Assembly (NCBI RefSeq): GCF_032062105.1
Contig: NW_026929981.1
Location: forward strand, 682,001-746,000
Length of the DNA: 64,000 nucleotides
Direction of reading: 5' to 3'
Source: Saccostrea cucullata
Taxonomy: Eukaryota
Positions 13,326 to 26,289 of this stretch are shown piece by piece (within the stretch, counting starts at the first letter, position 1; every line of letters begins with the position of its first letter). The notes under the pieces were generated by a model. That model had not been told where the DNA came from. It saw only the letters and a program-made list of their open reading frames with translations, and did no database searches. A program made the translations under genes and the position numbers.

Positions 13326-14348
13326 ACTTATATGTTCCCTTTAGATCCGGGGGCATTAAAAGAATATGCTAGGATCACAATGTTAATAATATTTTGAAAT
13401 ATACTTTGAAATAAATGAATATACAGCGCAACTTTTTGTGCGCAATAAATACACATTTTTTAATTGGTGACACTGTAACTCTCTTGTCATTTATCCTATT
13501 TTTTCCCCCAGAAAAGCGAGCTACTGTTCTGCTGCTAGCTGTGTGCGTAATAATGAGCATTTACTTTAGAACAGAATAATTGAACTCCATCAAAAACTAG
13601 TGATCCCGCAATATTACGGCAAAGCATAATAATGTATTTGGTAAACAAATTTATTATAAGCAATCATGTACCTCGGTAAGCTGTCTTAAGGGGTCCGGAA
13701 CCAAGAGGATTTTTTATATTGTGTTTAGCACTTTACTTTTGTATTGTAGAATTTTAGATGTCTTTTAAAATCTCAAATAATTCATTCAATATATGTCGGT
13801 AAAATCCTGCGTGAGTTTGGTCTTTGTTAAATCATCACTTCTATGTTCCCTTTAGATCCGGGGGCATTAAAAGAATCTGCTAGGATCACAATGTTAGTAA
13901 TATTTTGATATATACTTTGAAATAAATGAATATACAGCGCAACTTTTGTGCGCAATAAATACACATTTTTTAATTGGTGACACTGTAGCTCTCTTGTCAT
14001 TTATCCTATTTTTTTCCCAGAAAAGCGAGCTACAGTTCTGCTGCTAGCTGTGTGCGTAATAATGAGCATTTACTTTAGAACAGAATAATTGAACTCCATC
14101 AAAAACTAGTAATCCCGCAATATTACGGCAAAGCATAATATTGCATTTGGTAAACAACTTTATTATAAGCAATCATGTACCTTGGCAAGCTGTTTTCAGG
14201 GGTCCTAAACAAGAAGATTTTTTAAATTGTGTTTCTCACGTTACTTTTATATTGTAGAAATTTCAGATGCCTTTAAAAATCTCAAATAATTCATACAATA
14301 TATGTCGGTAAAAGTTCTGCGTGAGTTTGGTCTTTGTTAAATCATCAT
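13326..14348. repeat. Direct tandem duplication of about 511 bp upstream of WAP gene 1
   Basis: TATGTTCCCTTTAGATCCGGGGGC at 13331 and 13842; both units end GGTCTTTGTTAAATCATCA; high identity. Confidence 0.92.
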
Positions 14349-14362
14349 GATGTTATTGTCCT

Positions 14363-14582
14363 GGGCCCGTTTTACTAAAGAACTTACGACTAAGACCAAA
14401 ACTTTAGACGATTGTAAAATTTTACAGAATTAACCATTCTCTTTGAAATTGTTTCTGTAAAAATATCTTACCACATTCTTTTAAAAAAGTTAAAAATAAT
14501 TTTCGATATAAAGTTAATTAAAAAGTTATATGAAGAATTAAATTTGGTCTTATGTCGTAAGTCCTTTTGTAAAACGGGCCCC
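14363..14582. mobile_element. MITE (PIF/Harbinger-like)
   Basis: TIR GGGCCCGTTTTAC...GTAAAACGGGCCC with inner CTTACGAC/GTCGTAAG symmetry; CTG-like flanks. Confidence 0.65.
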
Positions 14583-14599
14583 TGTACTGAATATACAAG

Positions 14600-14630
14600 T
14601 GTACTGTACTGATAAGCAATATAAATATAT
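14600..14630 (+). promoter_or_regulatory. Putative core promoter of WAP gene 1 (GATA site plus TATA box)
   Basis: TGATAAG at 14610 is conserved in paralog 2 (16280). TATAAATA at 14620 lies about 77 nt upstream of the ATG. Confidence 0.5.
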
Positions 14631-14696
14631 CAAGATTGATAGTGTTGAAGGTTGGTCGAAGTCTCGAGCAAATTTAGTCATAAACTGCCTGGAATC

Positions 14697-15760
14697 ATGA
14701 AAGTAGCACTTCTTTTTCTTGCGTCTATTACACTTGTGTCAGGTTAGTAAATGGCATTGTTTGTTTGTACATGTACTCGTATCAGGTCTTTTGTGTCTTC
14801 ATTGTATACATGAAACATGTAGTTGTCAATACATTGAACATTATTAACATTAAATATTGCATAAATCTTTTGCAAATATTTAACTGTATCTTATTGCTTA
14901 CATTAATCATGCTTCTAGAGTAGAGGTAAACATGAATGTTACATGTACCAACAAGTCTGTAATAGTCCGATTTTCGGTGAAATATCAAGAGATCTTTTGT
15001 TTGCAAATTTTAAAAATCCAAATGCATATCAAAAGGCTTTTAATGCTAAAGCATTCCTTTCGTATTTATCAGGGCCAGTTTACGGAGGTTTTAAATGAAC
15101 TCCTGATTTTAAGTACTTTTATTTATTGTAAAACCAATGATGTTGATTTATATTTTTCAGCATTCAAACTAGAGAATGGTAAAGTATTAAGTATATGCTT
15201 ATTGTATTTGTACAAAAAATTTAAGTTCAAAGGAATTACATGTATCATACATATGATAATCCAGAATCCACTGTGTAAACTTGATTTAAATGGAATTATG
15301 GAACTTTTTACAGCCAAAAGAGCTACACATGCTGGGCAGTGTCCAACAGTTGACTCGAATCTCTTTGGTATATGTATGTTTGACCCTACTATAAATTGTC
15401 TTAGTGATGATGAATGCCAACCAAGTAAGTAAAAATGAAGAAATATATATCTTTGTTTTGAAATAAATATTAGTATTAATTTTCAAATTTTCTCCTGAAT
15501 TTCAGTGTTCTTACATGTGTGTTATATATTTGAAAAAAATTAAACAGCATAATGTAAAAAAAACAATACATGCATTGATCTCTATATGGTATATTTCTAT
15601 TTATAGTTGAACTGTCATGCAACAGTTCAAAACGTTGATTATTGTTAACTGTTTTTCATTGAACCATAACTCTTTTTTCTTTTCAGCGGAGAAATGTTGT
15701 CCAAGTGGCTGCAACAAGAAGTGCACGACATCTGTTCATCATCAATTGCTTTTGTCCTAA
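14697..15760 (+). CDS. Secreted single WAP (four-disulfide core) domain protein, paralog 1; exons 14697-14742, 15161-15178, 15314-15424, 15687-15760
   Basis: Three GT-AG phase-1 introns; 249 nt gives MKVALLFLASITLVSAFKLENAKRATHAGQCPTVDSNLFGICMFDPTINCLSDDECQPTEKCCPSGCNKKCTTSVHHQLLLS. Signal peptide and 8 Cys in the WAP pattern (G.CP..C..C..D.EC...KCC..GC...C). Confidence 0.92.
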
Positions 15761-16370
15761 ACACTCAATAACCTTATAGACAATGATAATTATATACTGT
15801 TGGCTAAATCATTAAAAATATTGCTAGAGCTAACTACTATTTTTAATGATTTTAAAGAAATAATAACAATTCAGAAAATTCGTGTTATCCGTTTAAGGAA
15901 AACAGAAGATAATGAAAGAACTAGAAAAAAAATTTTCGCAGTTGGAAGAACAAGTCAATTCAGATTGATCTTTCAATTTTTGGTCTGAAAACCAATAGGG
16001 GTGTTTTAAAGTTTAAAAAAATAATACTAAGCAAGGTTTTAAAAAGCTTACATAAAAGTTATTTGTTTTATTTTGTTAGCTTAAAAGTAAGTATGCAAAG
16101 TATATTTATGATCTTGACCTTTTTTTTTTAATGCCAAACGGCGTTATGAGATAGATTTAAATGCAATATTTCAAGATACATTTATGATAAACAAACTATT
16201 AGGTTGAAAAAAAGTGTTAAACATAAACATGTTATGCTAAGTGAGTCGTGCTACTGTTCTTACTTAATATGTACTGTACTGATAAGAAATGCACAGATCT
16301 AGATCAAAACCGATAGTGTTGAAGGTTGGTCGAAGTCTCTAGCGAATTTAGTCATAAACTGCTTGGGATC

Positions 16371-17556
16371 ATGAAAGCGGCAATTTTTTTTCTGGCGTCT
16401 ATTACACTTGTATCAGGTTAGTTTTTTTTAAAAATTAATTAATAGTTTGTATTATATCAGATATATATAATCTTTTGTTAAAATTTCTTCTTTCTGTGTA
16501 TAAAACATATAGAAATTATGTATATGTTAATACATTTTTGCACATTAAGTAATGCATCAATCTGTTGCAAATGAAACATCAGATGAACTTTTGTTGACAA
16601 ATTATAAATATCCAAAAATGTAAATTTTATCAAAGACAGTCGAAAAAGATCTAGTCTAATAAAAATTCCCAACCGTTCTTTCAGATCTCCTATTTTCGGT
16701 TTAAATACTTTTTAATTTTAAATACTCTTAATCATAGTAAGACAATTAGTTTTTCTTCTATTTTTCAGCATTCAAACTAGAGAATGGTAAAGTATTGATA
16801 ACACGCTTACTGATTTCTTTGCGGATAATGTATTTTTTGAAAGATAATTCTACAATAGCGCGCGCGGAGTACATGTACACTGCACGTTTATTTTAATTAG
16901 GGAGGAATACTGGAACGTTCCTATATTAGTATACGATCAAAGACTGTTTCTTCCTTACAGTCAAAAGAGCTACACACACTGGAGAGTGCCCACTTGTGGA
17001 CACAAATGTTCTAGGATTTTGCATGTATGATCCAGCAAAAAATTGTCTAAGTGATGATCAATGCATACCAAGTAAGTGATGAAGAAATGCATACTTGTAT
17101 TCTTAATACTGAATTTTAAGAGCTTTCACAAGTTTTTTTCCTGCTTTGTGAAGAAATCATGTACATGAAAAATATCAATGAAGTGAATGTTCTTTTTTTC
17201 ATTGAAAATTCAATTATAGCTTTGATTAATTTTTCTTTGGAAAGTTTTACTACAAGTTGCATGTTTCGAAATATCCATACATTGCACGCTTTTCTGTTAA
17301 TCTTTACTGTTAAAATTACTTGGTGCTTGCAAGTGAAGAATCTGACTCTTCCTTGTTGAGACCTTTTACCTTTAATTTGAAATAATTCATAAAAAATTTT
17401 TTTGTTAAAAAAACACAAAAAGTCCTAATCATCTGTTTGAATTATGGATAATATTAACAAAAACATTTGCTTCTCTCTACAGCGGAAAAGTGTTGTCCAA
17501 GTGGCTGTAACAAGATGTGCATGACGGCTGTTCATCATCAGTTGCTTTTGTCCTAA
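16371..17556 (+). CDS. Secreted single WAP domain protein, paralog 2; exons 16371-16416, 16769-16786, 16961-17071, 17483-17556
   Basis: Identical exon sizes (46/18/111/74) give MKAAIFFLASITLVSAFKLENVKRATHTGECPLVDTNVLGFCMYDPAKNCLSDDQCIPTEKCCPSGCNKMCMTAVHHQLLLS. Exons are conserved while introns have diverged. Confidence 0.92.
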
Positions 17557-19190
17557 ATATCCAACTTCAACAAACAACCTTTAAAAATATGAAAATTACA
17601 TGCATCAGAAATTAAAGGATTTCCTTTATAGAGAAGATCATATTAAGATTGTTGATCCATGTGAACTAATCACTGCATGGGTGTCAGCCCTTCTATAATT
17701 AATAAAAGAAAAAAAAACATCAGCATATGTTTGTGCGGTTTTTGAACAATGAATCTTGCAAGTTCTAAGGCCAAAGATAACTTGAGATCGACACAATGAG
17801 AGCCATTTTCATTACAACAGAGCCAAAGCTTTCCCATGAAAGAATCGGACATAGTAACATACATGTATACATAAACTTATCTTTAAGATCCATGTAATTT
17901 ATGTTATTCCTGTTATTGTAGAGAGAACCTCCAAGCAAATACACAAAATTAAACTTGAATAACAAAAATCAAACAAACAAAAACAATATGCACTGCATTG
18001 ATTTGTGCAAACTTATCATAAGCTATGACTTCGTTAAGAATATTTAATAATTGCCACATATAATTTATGCCAACATATCCAAATCAAATACATTATATAT
18101 GCAGGTCGTATAAAATAAACCTGATATTTATTATTAAAAATGTTATGTTCTATATTAATCGGATACTGACCTTTTAATCATACTGATATGCTTGAAATAA
18201 GACCCGTGACTATCTGATTGAGAAAAATCAATTTTTGTTATGTACTTTGAGTCCCCTTTTTATGACCCCCATTTTGTTAACTGTGTTTTGCTTCTGTCAT
18301 TTACTTTAATAAATGAAATATTTAATTTCAACATGATGTTATTTGCTTTTGCCTGATCGGTCATTTACAATTGGCAGCAGGACTAAGGAACACAAATTAA
18401 ATTGCTTCAGAGTATCAAATCGGCCGCGAACAAAATATACCATTTCAGAAAAGTACTTCTACAATTTTAAATGCATCCATGCAAGGAAAGCACAAGATAT
18501 TCAAAGTTGAATTTAGCAGTGATCTTTTTTGTTTCAGACTCTTAAAGGAAAATGATATGAATAATAATTTCTAAAAATTTAAATACATGTAAAATTGTAA
18601 ATAGATATTTCAGTGAATTTGCTCATCAAATGGATTCATCGATGTTATAAAGTAAATGCTAAATGATAAGAATTTATTGTCATCAAAATGAATATTAAGG
18701 CCTCTCAAGACGAACCACGTGCGGATAACATGGATCTTTGTCACGTAATAATGCCTGTTTCTGCGGAGTAGGGTATGCTGCAAGGCGCGGTACAAACTGT
18801 AGAAAAACAATATCCTTGTTTAATTCGCAGCTATAGCATATTCAAAACAATTATTACTACACAATGTAGTTGAAACACTTTTCTATTCACCTTGCACGTA
18901 TTTTACAACGTCATTATTATCCGAAAAAATCATGACGATTTCCTTTCATATCTTATACACTCCCAGACTGGAAGTTTACCTATTGTAAACTCTTTTTCAT
19001 ATATCCATACATTATCAATTATCAATAACGTCTCATTTCCCTATGCGCTCTTTCTAACACAACCACAAATAGATGCAGCCGACAATAATATCAATTTGGT
19101 CAGCATTAACTCGTCAAAATGAAGTCAACAATATAAAATGTAACAGCAAATGATCACATTTAAAACAAAATTAATTAATGCAAAAGAAAG

Positions 19191-19320
19191 CCTTCCCGAT
19201 TCGATCTTCTTATGACATACAACATCCTCCTGAGTCGATCTTCTAATGACATACAACACCTTTCTGAGTCGGTCTTCTAATGGCATAAAACTTCCCGAGC
19301 CGATCTTCTAACGACATACC
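19191..19320. repeat. Minisatellite, about 4 x 32-34 bp
   Basis: Repeated CTTCC(C/T)GAGTCGATCTTCTAATGACATACAAC-like unit. Confidence 0.8.
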
Positions 19321-19769
19321 ACGGGCACTTTTTTCGGAAATAAATTCTAACCCATAATATAATTATAACACAAGGTACTGAGTATCTAACTTTGAATTAC
19401 AAGGAGTAGCCCCTTCTCAGAAACGCACTTATTTACACTTCATAAAATGAAGTTGTTCTGAGAAATCAATAATTTTCATGTTTTTTTCACGTGGTAAATT
19501 GTATGGTATGAATAAAGACATGAAATTGTTTACCACGAAATGTAAATACCATAATTATACTACTCAACAATTCTTCATCCAGGAAATCAGTTCTCCCTGA
19601 ACCCATGATCATTGCTTTTGATCACACCAAGAAAATTTTACCCAAAGAATACTGTGATTATAAAGGTTTTTTGTGAATAGTGTGGTACAAAAACAATTTA
19701 AGGGAATCCAGAAAAAAAGAGATTTGACAATGATTTTACTCTCATAAAGACAAAGTATATTGTAGAGAC

Positions 19770-20895
19770 AAACAAGCTAATTCAGAGAATTCGTGTCCCC
19801 CGCTTAGGGAAAAAGTCGGCTCCCCCTGACTGAATTTGTAGAATTATTAAATGTATACATGTATACTGAAGGAAATAAAATACATGTATGTCAATATGCA
19901 TATAAAGATTTGATTGCTTATTCTTTATTATGTGTATAGAAGATTTTTTTATATGAAATATTTATCACACTGTAATGATGATTTTATAACCTCATAAATT
20001 TTTCATTTCACATGCTGAATACTATCATTTAGTAAAAAAAAAAAAAAAAAAAAAAGAAAGGTTCGACAGAGATTCGATCCCGGGACCTCTCACACTTGAA
20101 GCGAGAGACATAACCACTAGACCACGGACTCTCTTTAAACGGAGTGAAGTATATGCAGAACTGAAGTCACATACATGTATATATTCATGTTTTCATGTTC
20201 GGTATTCTCAAAATTTTACACAATCCATGGAGTTTGATTTATTTAGCCTTTATTAAGCAGTTATAATAGATGTAATAAGAACATAAAGTCCGCCGAGAAC
20301 CTGTTTTATACGCAATAACTCTCCTCATGCCCCTGCGCTAAAAATAGCGACATGTAATACTATAAATACTAATAAAACAAACGGGGCGGGGCACTTTGAG
20401 AGGGGCGAGAGACGTCCTAGGGAGTTTTGGTATAAAATTACATTGCATAAGCTCAAAATCTTCTTGAAATATCGCCCGGAAATGATAGTGTTACACACAG
20501 ACAGAATGTATAAATTTACGACCTTGAACTTTGACCTTTTGACCTCAAAATCAATAGGGGTCTTCTTTAGGCCACAGGGAGTTGTTATGTAAAATTTCAT
20601 TGCGATAGCTCAAATGGTTCTAGAGATATCGTGTGGAAACGAAAGTGTTTTAACAGACAGAATTTGCTTATTTATGACCTTGACCTTTGACCTTTTGACC
20701 TCAAAATCAATAGGGGTCTTCTTTAGTCCATAGGGAGTTGCTATGCTAAATTTCATTGCAAAAGCTCAAAGGGTTCTCGAGATATCGTGTGGAAACGAAA
20801 GCGTTACAGACAGACAGAAAGACGGACGGACGGACGGACGGACGGACGGACAAACCCAAATTAATATCCCCCACTTTTCAAGCGGGGGACAATTA
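19770..20895 (-). mobile_element. Helentron-type element, copy 2 (inverted relative to 8318-9450)
   Basis: Reverse-complement homology along its length, including the subTIRs, the (GACG)n tract and the tRNA-like segment. Confidence 0.8.
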
Positions 20896-21036
20896 TAAAC
20901 ATAGATCAATATGAATATGGGTAAAAATGAGTGTGCTGACAAAGAAACGAAAAGCACTTTAATTTTATAACCAGGAGCCACTTTCTCAATAACAGTGTTT
21001 ATAAACTTACACACTTTCATCAATTTAATTTTCTTT

Positions 21037-22230
21037 TTTATGCCTCCGTAAACGAAGTTTCGGGAGTATATAGTTTTTGTCCTGTCCATCCGTCTGTCAC
21101 TCCGTCTGTCTGTCTCTCTATCTGTTTGTCCGCAAAAACTTTAATCTTGCCCATAACTTTTGATTTAGTGGAGCTATGACTTTCATACTTTACATGTGTA
21201 TTTCTTGTGACAAGACCTTTCTTTGGGTACCACCAAATTTGATCTGTTGACCTTGACCTTGGAGTTTGACCCACATTTACAAAAAAATTCCAAAATTTTA
21301 CTTTGGCAATATCTTTTGAACAGTAGATACAACGACATTTAAACTTCACATGTTTTTTTTGTTGTTGAAAGACCTTGACCTTTTGACCTTAAGGATTTCC
21401 GTACTCGTGAAAAAACTTTAACCTTGGCCATAACTTTTGAACAGTAAAATATAGGGCTTTCATTCTTCATTTATATAATCCTTGTGAAAAGACCCTTCAT
21501 TGAATACTAAGAACTTTGACCCTTTGACCTTGGAGTTTGACCTACTTTTAAAAAGCAAACCTTGACCATAACTTTTAAAGGGTTAGGGCTAGTGCTTTCA
21601 TACTTTACATATTTAATCCATGTGACAAGACCTTTTATTTGATAGCAAGACATTTGACCTTGACGTTTTACCTTCTTTTAAAAATTTATAACTTTGGCCA
21701 TAACTTATAAAAGGTTAGGGCTAGGGCTTCCATGCTTTATATATGTATTCTATGTGGCAAGACCTTCCATTGGATACCAATTACCTTGACCTTTTCACCT
21801 TGACCTGAGAGATTTCTGTACTTAGGGAAAAACTTTAACCTTGGCCATAACCCTGGAACGCTAAGGGCTAGTGATCTCACACTTCACTTTTAAAACCCTT
21901 GTGAGAAGACCCTATATTCTATACCGACAACTTTGACCTTGACGCTTGACCTACTTTTAAAAAGCAAACCTTGACCGTTTCTTTTAAAGGGTTAAGGTGC
22001 TTTCTTACTTTACATCTTTATTCCTTGTGACAAGACTTTTCATTTGATAACAAGACCTTTGACCTTGAAATTTGACCTTCTTTAAAAAAAAAATTAACAT
22101 TTGCCGTTACTTCTGATTGGTTAGGGCTAGGGATTTTATACTTTACATATGTATTTTTGTGTCAAGGCCTTTCATTGGATACCAATGACCTTGAAGTTTT
22201 CCGTATTTATGGAAAAACTTAAACCTTTAA
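21037..22230 (+). mobile_element. Helentron-type element with degenerate GACCTT-rich internal array
   Basis: T-run plus hairpin start, (GTCC/GTCT)n tract, repeated CCTTGGCCATAACTTTT...GACAAGACCTTTC...TGACCTTGACCTT units. Confidence 0.65.
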
Positions 22231-22575
22231 AATCCTTTTTATTCCACTTTGTAGCAATTTATATGGAATTTTGTTTATATACAATGGAAATGTAAATAAA
22301 AAAAAAAAAAAAAACCTTGGCCTACTTTCATATTTTACAATTGTATTTCCAGTGAGAATACCCCACTTTTGGTACTAATATATACTGAAAGGATAAAGAA
22401 ATGCATATTAAACTTTTGAGTTAAATTAAAACAATTATTTCAACTATGTTTTCCAGCATTGTTATCATACATATTAATTCATCTTTAATCAACAAGTTAC
22501 CAAAATTTTGTGTGATTTTGAGTGATAATTCCTGCGATGTTGATATCAATATGTCGACATCCCCCAAAAATAAAA

Positions 22576-22800
22576 CTAAAAAGTCTCATAATATCCCTTA
22601 CGCATCATTGAGACATCTTCAGGCTTGCTTTCCGTTGTATTAGTTTGACAGGCATAAAGCTGATATCTGTCATGAATATCACTTTTGTTCATATCATCAC
22701 TCTCACTGTCAGATGAATATTCCTCACCATCCGAACTATCACGGTCAAGCAAACATGTTTGTGCAGAAGGGAAATATTCCCTGTGAAGCTCATCAATAAT
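22576..22800 (-). other. Orphan terminal-exon-like ORF (acidic, Ser-rich)
   Basis: Acceptor TTTTTCAACAG then 75 open codons: IIDELHREYFPSAQTCLLDRDSSDGEEYSSDSESDD...GYYETF*. No upstream exons identified. Confidence 0.4.
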
Positions 22801-24175
22801 CTGTTGAAAAATATTGATTTTGTTGAAATTAAAATGAGAGAGAGATAGAGAAACAGTATGTGTGTGTTTACAAAATGTCCTCCCTAATTTTAATTGGTTT
22901 AGAATTTTGCCCCCCCCCCTCCAAAAAAAAAAGGGACAGGGAAATATTTATTTCTATTTGAAAAATAAACCATTTGGCTATTTATCTTAAACAATTTAAT
23001 CAATAGCTATCTAGATGTAAATATATCTATAAAATACTAGTATGTGGATTGTATGCAGTAGAACCCGTAATAGATATTGATACTACTTGCAATTTTATTT
23101 GCCGGATAGGCCTAAATTCACGGTCAGAATAAGGCATTTTTGTTGTGTATTTTTAAGTAATTTTTACAGTCCTAAAATACACCTCTTATTCAAAATATAT
23201 TTTTACCTAAGAATTAGAATCTTTCCATGATTTACTTTCCACTTTCGTAGGTCAAATAAATTGACTTATAGGTTTTGAGATAAATTGATTTATAGGTTTT
23301 GAGATTTAGAAATTGCTTCGCGAATTTATTATGTCACAGCTAGGGGGGATCCAGGAATTTATTCAGCTAGTAATTAAATATTTTCAGCAAAATATCTTTC
23401 TGTAATTAAATTATAAGCATAGTTTCTTTTTCTAATTATTTATATTACCTCTAAAAAGTCCATGACTGTGGCATTCGCATTTTCTTTCTTTTTCTTTTTT
23501 CTTATTTCTGCTGACGTCAAATTAATCTTTGCAAACTATGACATTAATTTTTGGCGACGTTTTTTCTCAATTATGACGTAATACCAATAAGGGCCCTTTT
23601 CGCATGGGATGGCTCATATATTATAACATTTCAATGATTTTAGAGTCAGGTCATCCTAGTTAAGGTGAAGGTTGCGATTTCATCCTGGAAGGTAAGAACA
23701 AAATGATTAAGAGCTTCCACCTGGTGCACCTAAAGAAAAGCATTGGAAACAAACGTGCTGCAATTTAGATAAATTAGAGATGGTAATGAAATAAAAATAA
23801 TTTTTTTTTCTTCATTTATTGTGTTTAGGACACAGAAAAGCCACTTGTTTTAACATCTTCTTTGTTTTGAATGCAAATCCTGTACAGAGGTCATGTACCC
23901 AATAATAACATTTTTTCCCTCTATGGGAACACCCCACCCACTGTCCTCTTTCTTCAGTTCCCAAACAAATGTTACACTGCTGTGATGCATTAGCGTCAAA
24001 CGCCGCTGTTTGTGTTAATCTGGTTTTCAAACTTCCAGCAGTCGTACTGCCTCCAAGTCTTTTTCGATTAGGGGAAGACCATGTTGAATAACAGGAAGTT
24101 AATGGTAGAGGGGAGGGATAACTGTACATAGAAGAGGAAGTACATGGCCGTGAGGGAGAGGAGTGAGAATATAAA

Positions 24176-24385
24176 GAGCGAGAGGAAGATTGCCTTGAGG
24201 GAGAAGAGCGTGGTGGCGAGGATCGTGAGGTTGGTTGTCTTAAGGAGGGCGAAATTGTGAAGAGGTTGAAGAGCGTGAGGCAGATTGCCGTGAGGGAGAA
24301 GAGGTTGAAGAGCGTGAGGCAGATTGCCGTGAGGGAGAAGAGATCAAAGAGCGTGAGGCAGATTGCCGTGAGGGAGAAGAGGGTG
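24176..24385. repeat. 39-bp coding minisatellite (SSPSRQSASRSST on minus strand)
   Basis: GAGCGTGAGGCAGATTGCCGTGAGGGAGAAGAG unit occurs 3 times, plus degenerate copies. Confidence 0.85.
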
Positions 24386-24686
24386 TTGGAAGAGCGTTAG
24401 GGATATTTTCACGTGACCCTCTGTGGTGCAAATCATGAAACATCTTAAAAAATAAATCATACATACGTATATTCATATGCCAGTAAAATATAATTTTCGA
24501 TAAAATTGCGTTTAATTACTCACCAGTTTTTTAATGAAATTTAAGTTTAAGACGTGTCACCTGATCAAAATCCGCTGTATGAAAGTGATATTGAATACCC
24601 GACTTAGTTTTCACCAGCAGTAATATCTCACATCCTGTAGTTACATTAAGTTCCTTTGCCTATTAAAAATATTTGACATTCTTATA

Positions 24687-25709
24687 TTTTTAGCTCTACT
24701 GGTCTGAGACCAGAAGAGCTTATGCGATAGTAATGCGTCCGGCGTCCGTCCGTCTGTCTGTCCGTCTGTCTGTAAACAATTTTTCAAAACGCTACTCCTC
24801 CTACAATTTTAGTCTGATTTCAATATTACTTGGCACACAAGTAGACTACACTAAGATACATGGAATAGTGCATCAGTTTCTGATTTCAATGAACGGTGTT
24901 GCCATGGTTACTAAAAATAGAATTTTCTGTGAAATTCCTTTAAAACGCTACTCCTTCTACAGTTTGGTCTGATTTCAATATAACTTGGCACACAAGTAGA
25001 CTACACTAAGATACATAGAATAGTGCATCGGTTTTTAATTTCGATGAACGGTGTTGCCATGGTTACTAAAAATAGAATTCTCTGTGAAATTCCTTTAAAA
25101 CACTAATTCTTCTACAGTTTTGGTCTGATTTCAATATAACTTGGCACACAAGTAGACTACACTAAGATACATGAAATAGTATATCAGTTTTTAATTTCAA
25201 TGAACAGTGTTGCCATGGTTACTAAAAATAGAATTTTCTGTGAAATTCCTTTAAAACGCTACTCTTTCTACAATTTTGGTCTGATTTCAATATAACTTGG
25301 CACACAAGTAGACTGCACTAAGATACATAGAATAGTGCATCGGTTTTTGATTTCAATGAATGGTGTTGCCATGGTTACTAAAGATAGAATTTTCTGTGAA
25401 ATTCCTTTAAAACGCTACTACTTCTACAGTTTTGGTCTGATTTCAATATAACTTGGCACACAAGTAGACTACACTAAGATACATAGAATAGTGCATCGGT
25501 TTTTGATTTCGATGAACGGTGTTACCATGGTTACTGAAAATAGAATTTTCTGTGAAATTCCTTTAAAACGCTACTCCTTCTACAGTTTTAGTTTGATTTC
25601 AAAATAAGCTGGCACACAAGTAGACTACACAAAGATACATAAAATAGTGCAATGGTTTTTGATAAGTACAAACCAGTAGAGCTACAGTCTCGACAGAGAC
25701 TTCTGGTTT
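24687..25709 (+). mobile_element. Helentron-type element with 156-bp satellite array (about 5.5 units), copy A
   Basis: subTIRs AGCTCTACTGG/CCAGTAGAGCT, 5' and 3' hairpins, (GTCC/GTCT)n tract, unit period 156 (24786 to 24942). Confidence 0.9.
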
Positions 25710-26289
25710 CATATTATATATCAAATTTTAAATTTATTAGATAAGGGAAAATATGTGCCAATGCTTCAATCTGACATCTGAGGAAATAAAGAAAGTATAT
25801 ACCATACTATTTTGATGAAAGAAATAGAGCACTGGAGAGTTGAACTTAATTATAAGGACACCGAGTATTTAAGTTCACCCATGACTAAAACAACACCACA
25901 TAGCATTTTGAATAAAGATTCAGACCATGAACTTGTAAATTTCTCTGCATTTTGTAAAAACAATCTTAATATGTTCCTTGAAGAAAGTTCAAAAACAAAT
26001 TCAATTAAGGTTATTAAATTAGACCCAGTTTTCATTAATTATCCCAGACGACAGAAAAAATTTCAATGCAATTGAAAAAAAATCAAAATCGGAAATCCTC
26101 AACATCATTGAAGATGAATTGCAGAGATTACAGAAAATGGATTATGATCTTGGTAAATACGTTTGGATTTTACAAAATGAAATGAAAAGGGGAAGGATTT
26201 GTTTAAATAGGTTTATAAATTTATTTCTTCATAAACAAATTTCCATGTATTCTTATAGGATTAGAATAACGGCAGCTGTTCAGAAATAT

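Noticed and set aside
14932-15432. 166-aa ORF as a single-exon gene
   Set aside because: Mostly intron read-through; only 15161-15178 and 15314-15424 are conserved with the paralog.
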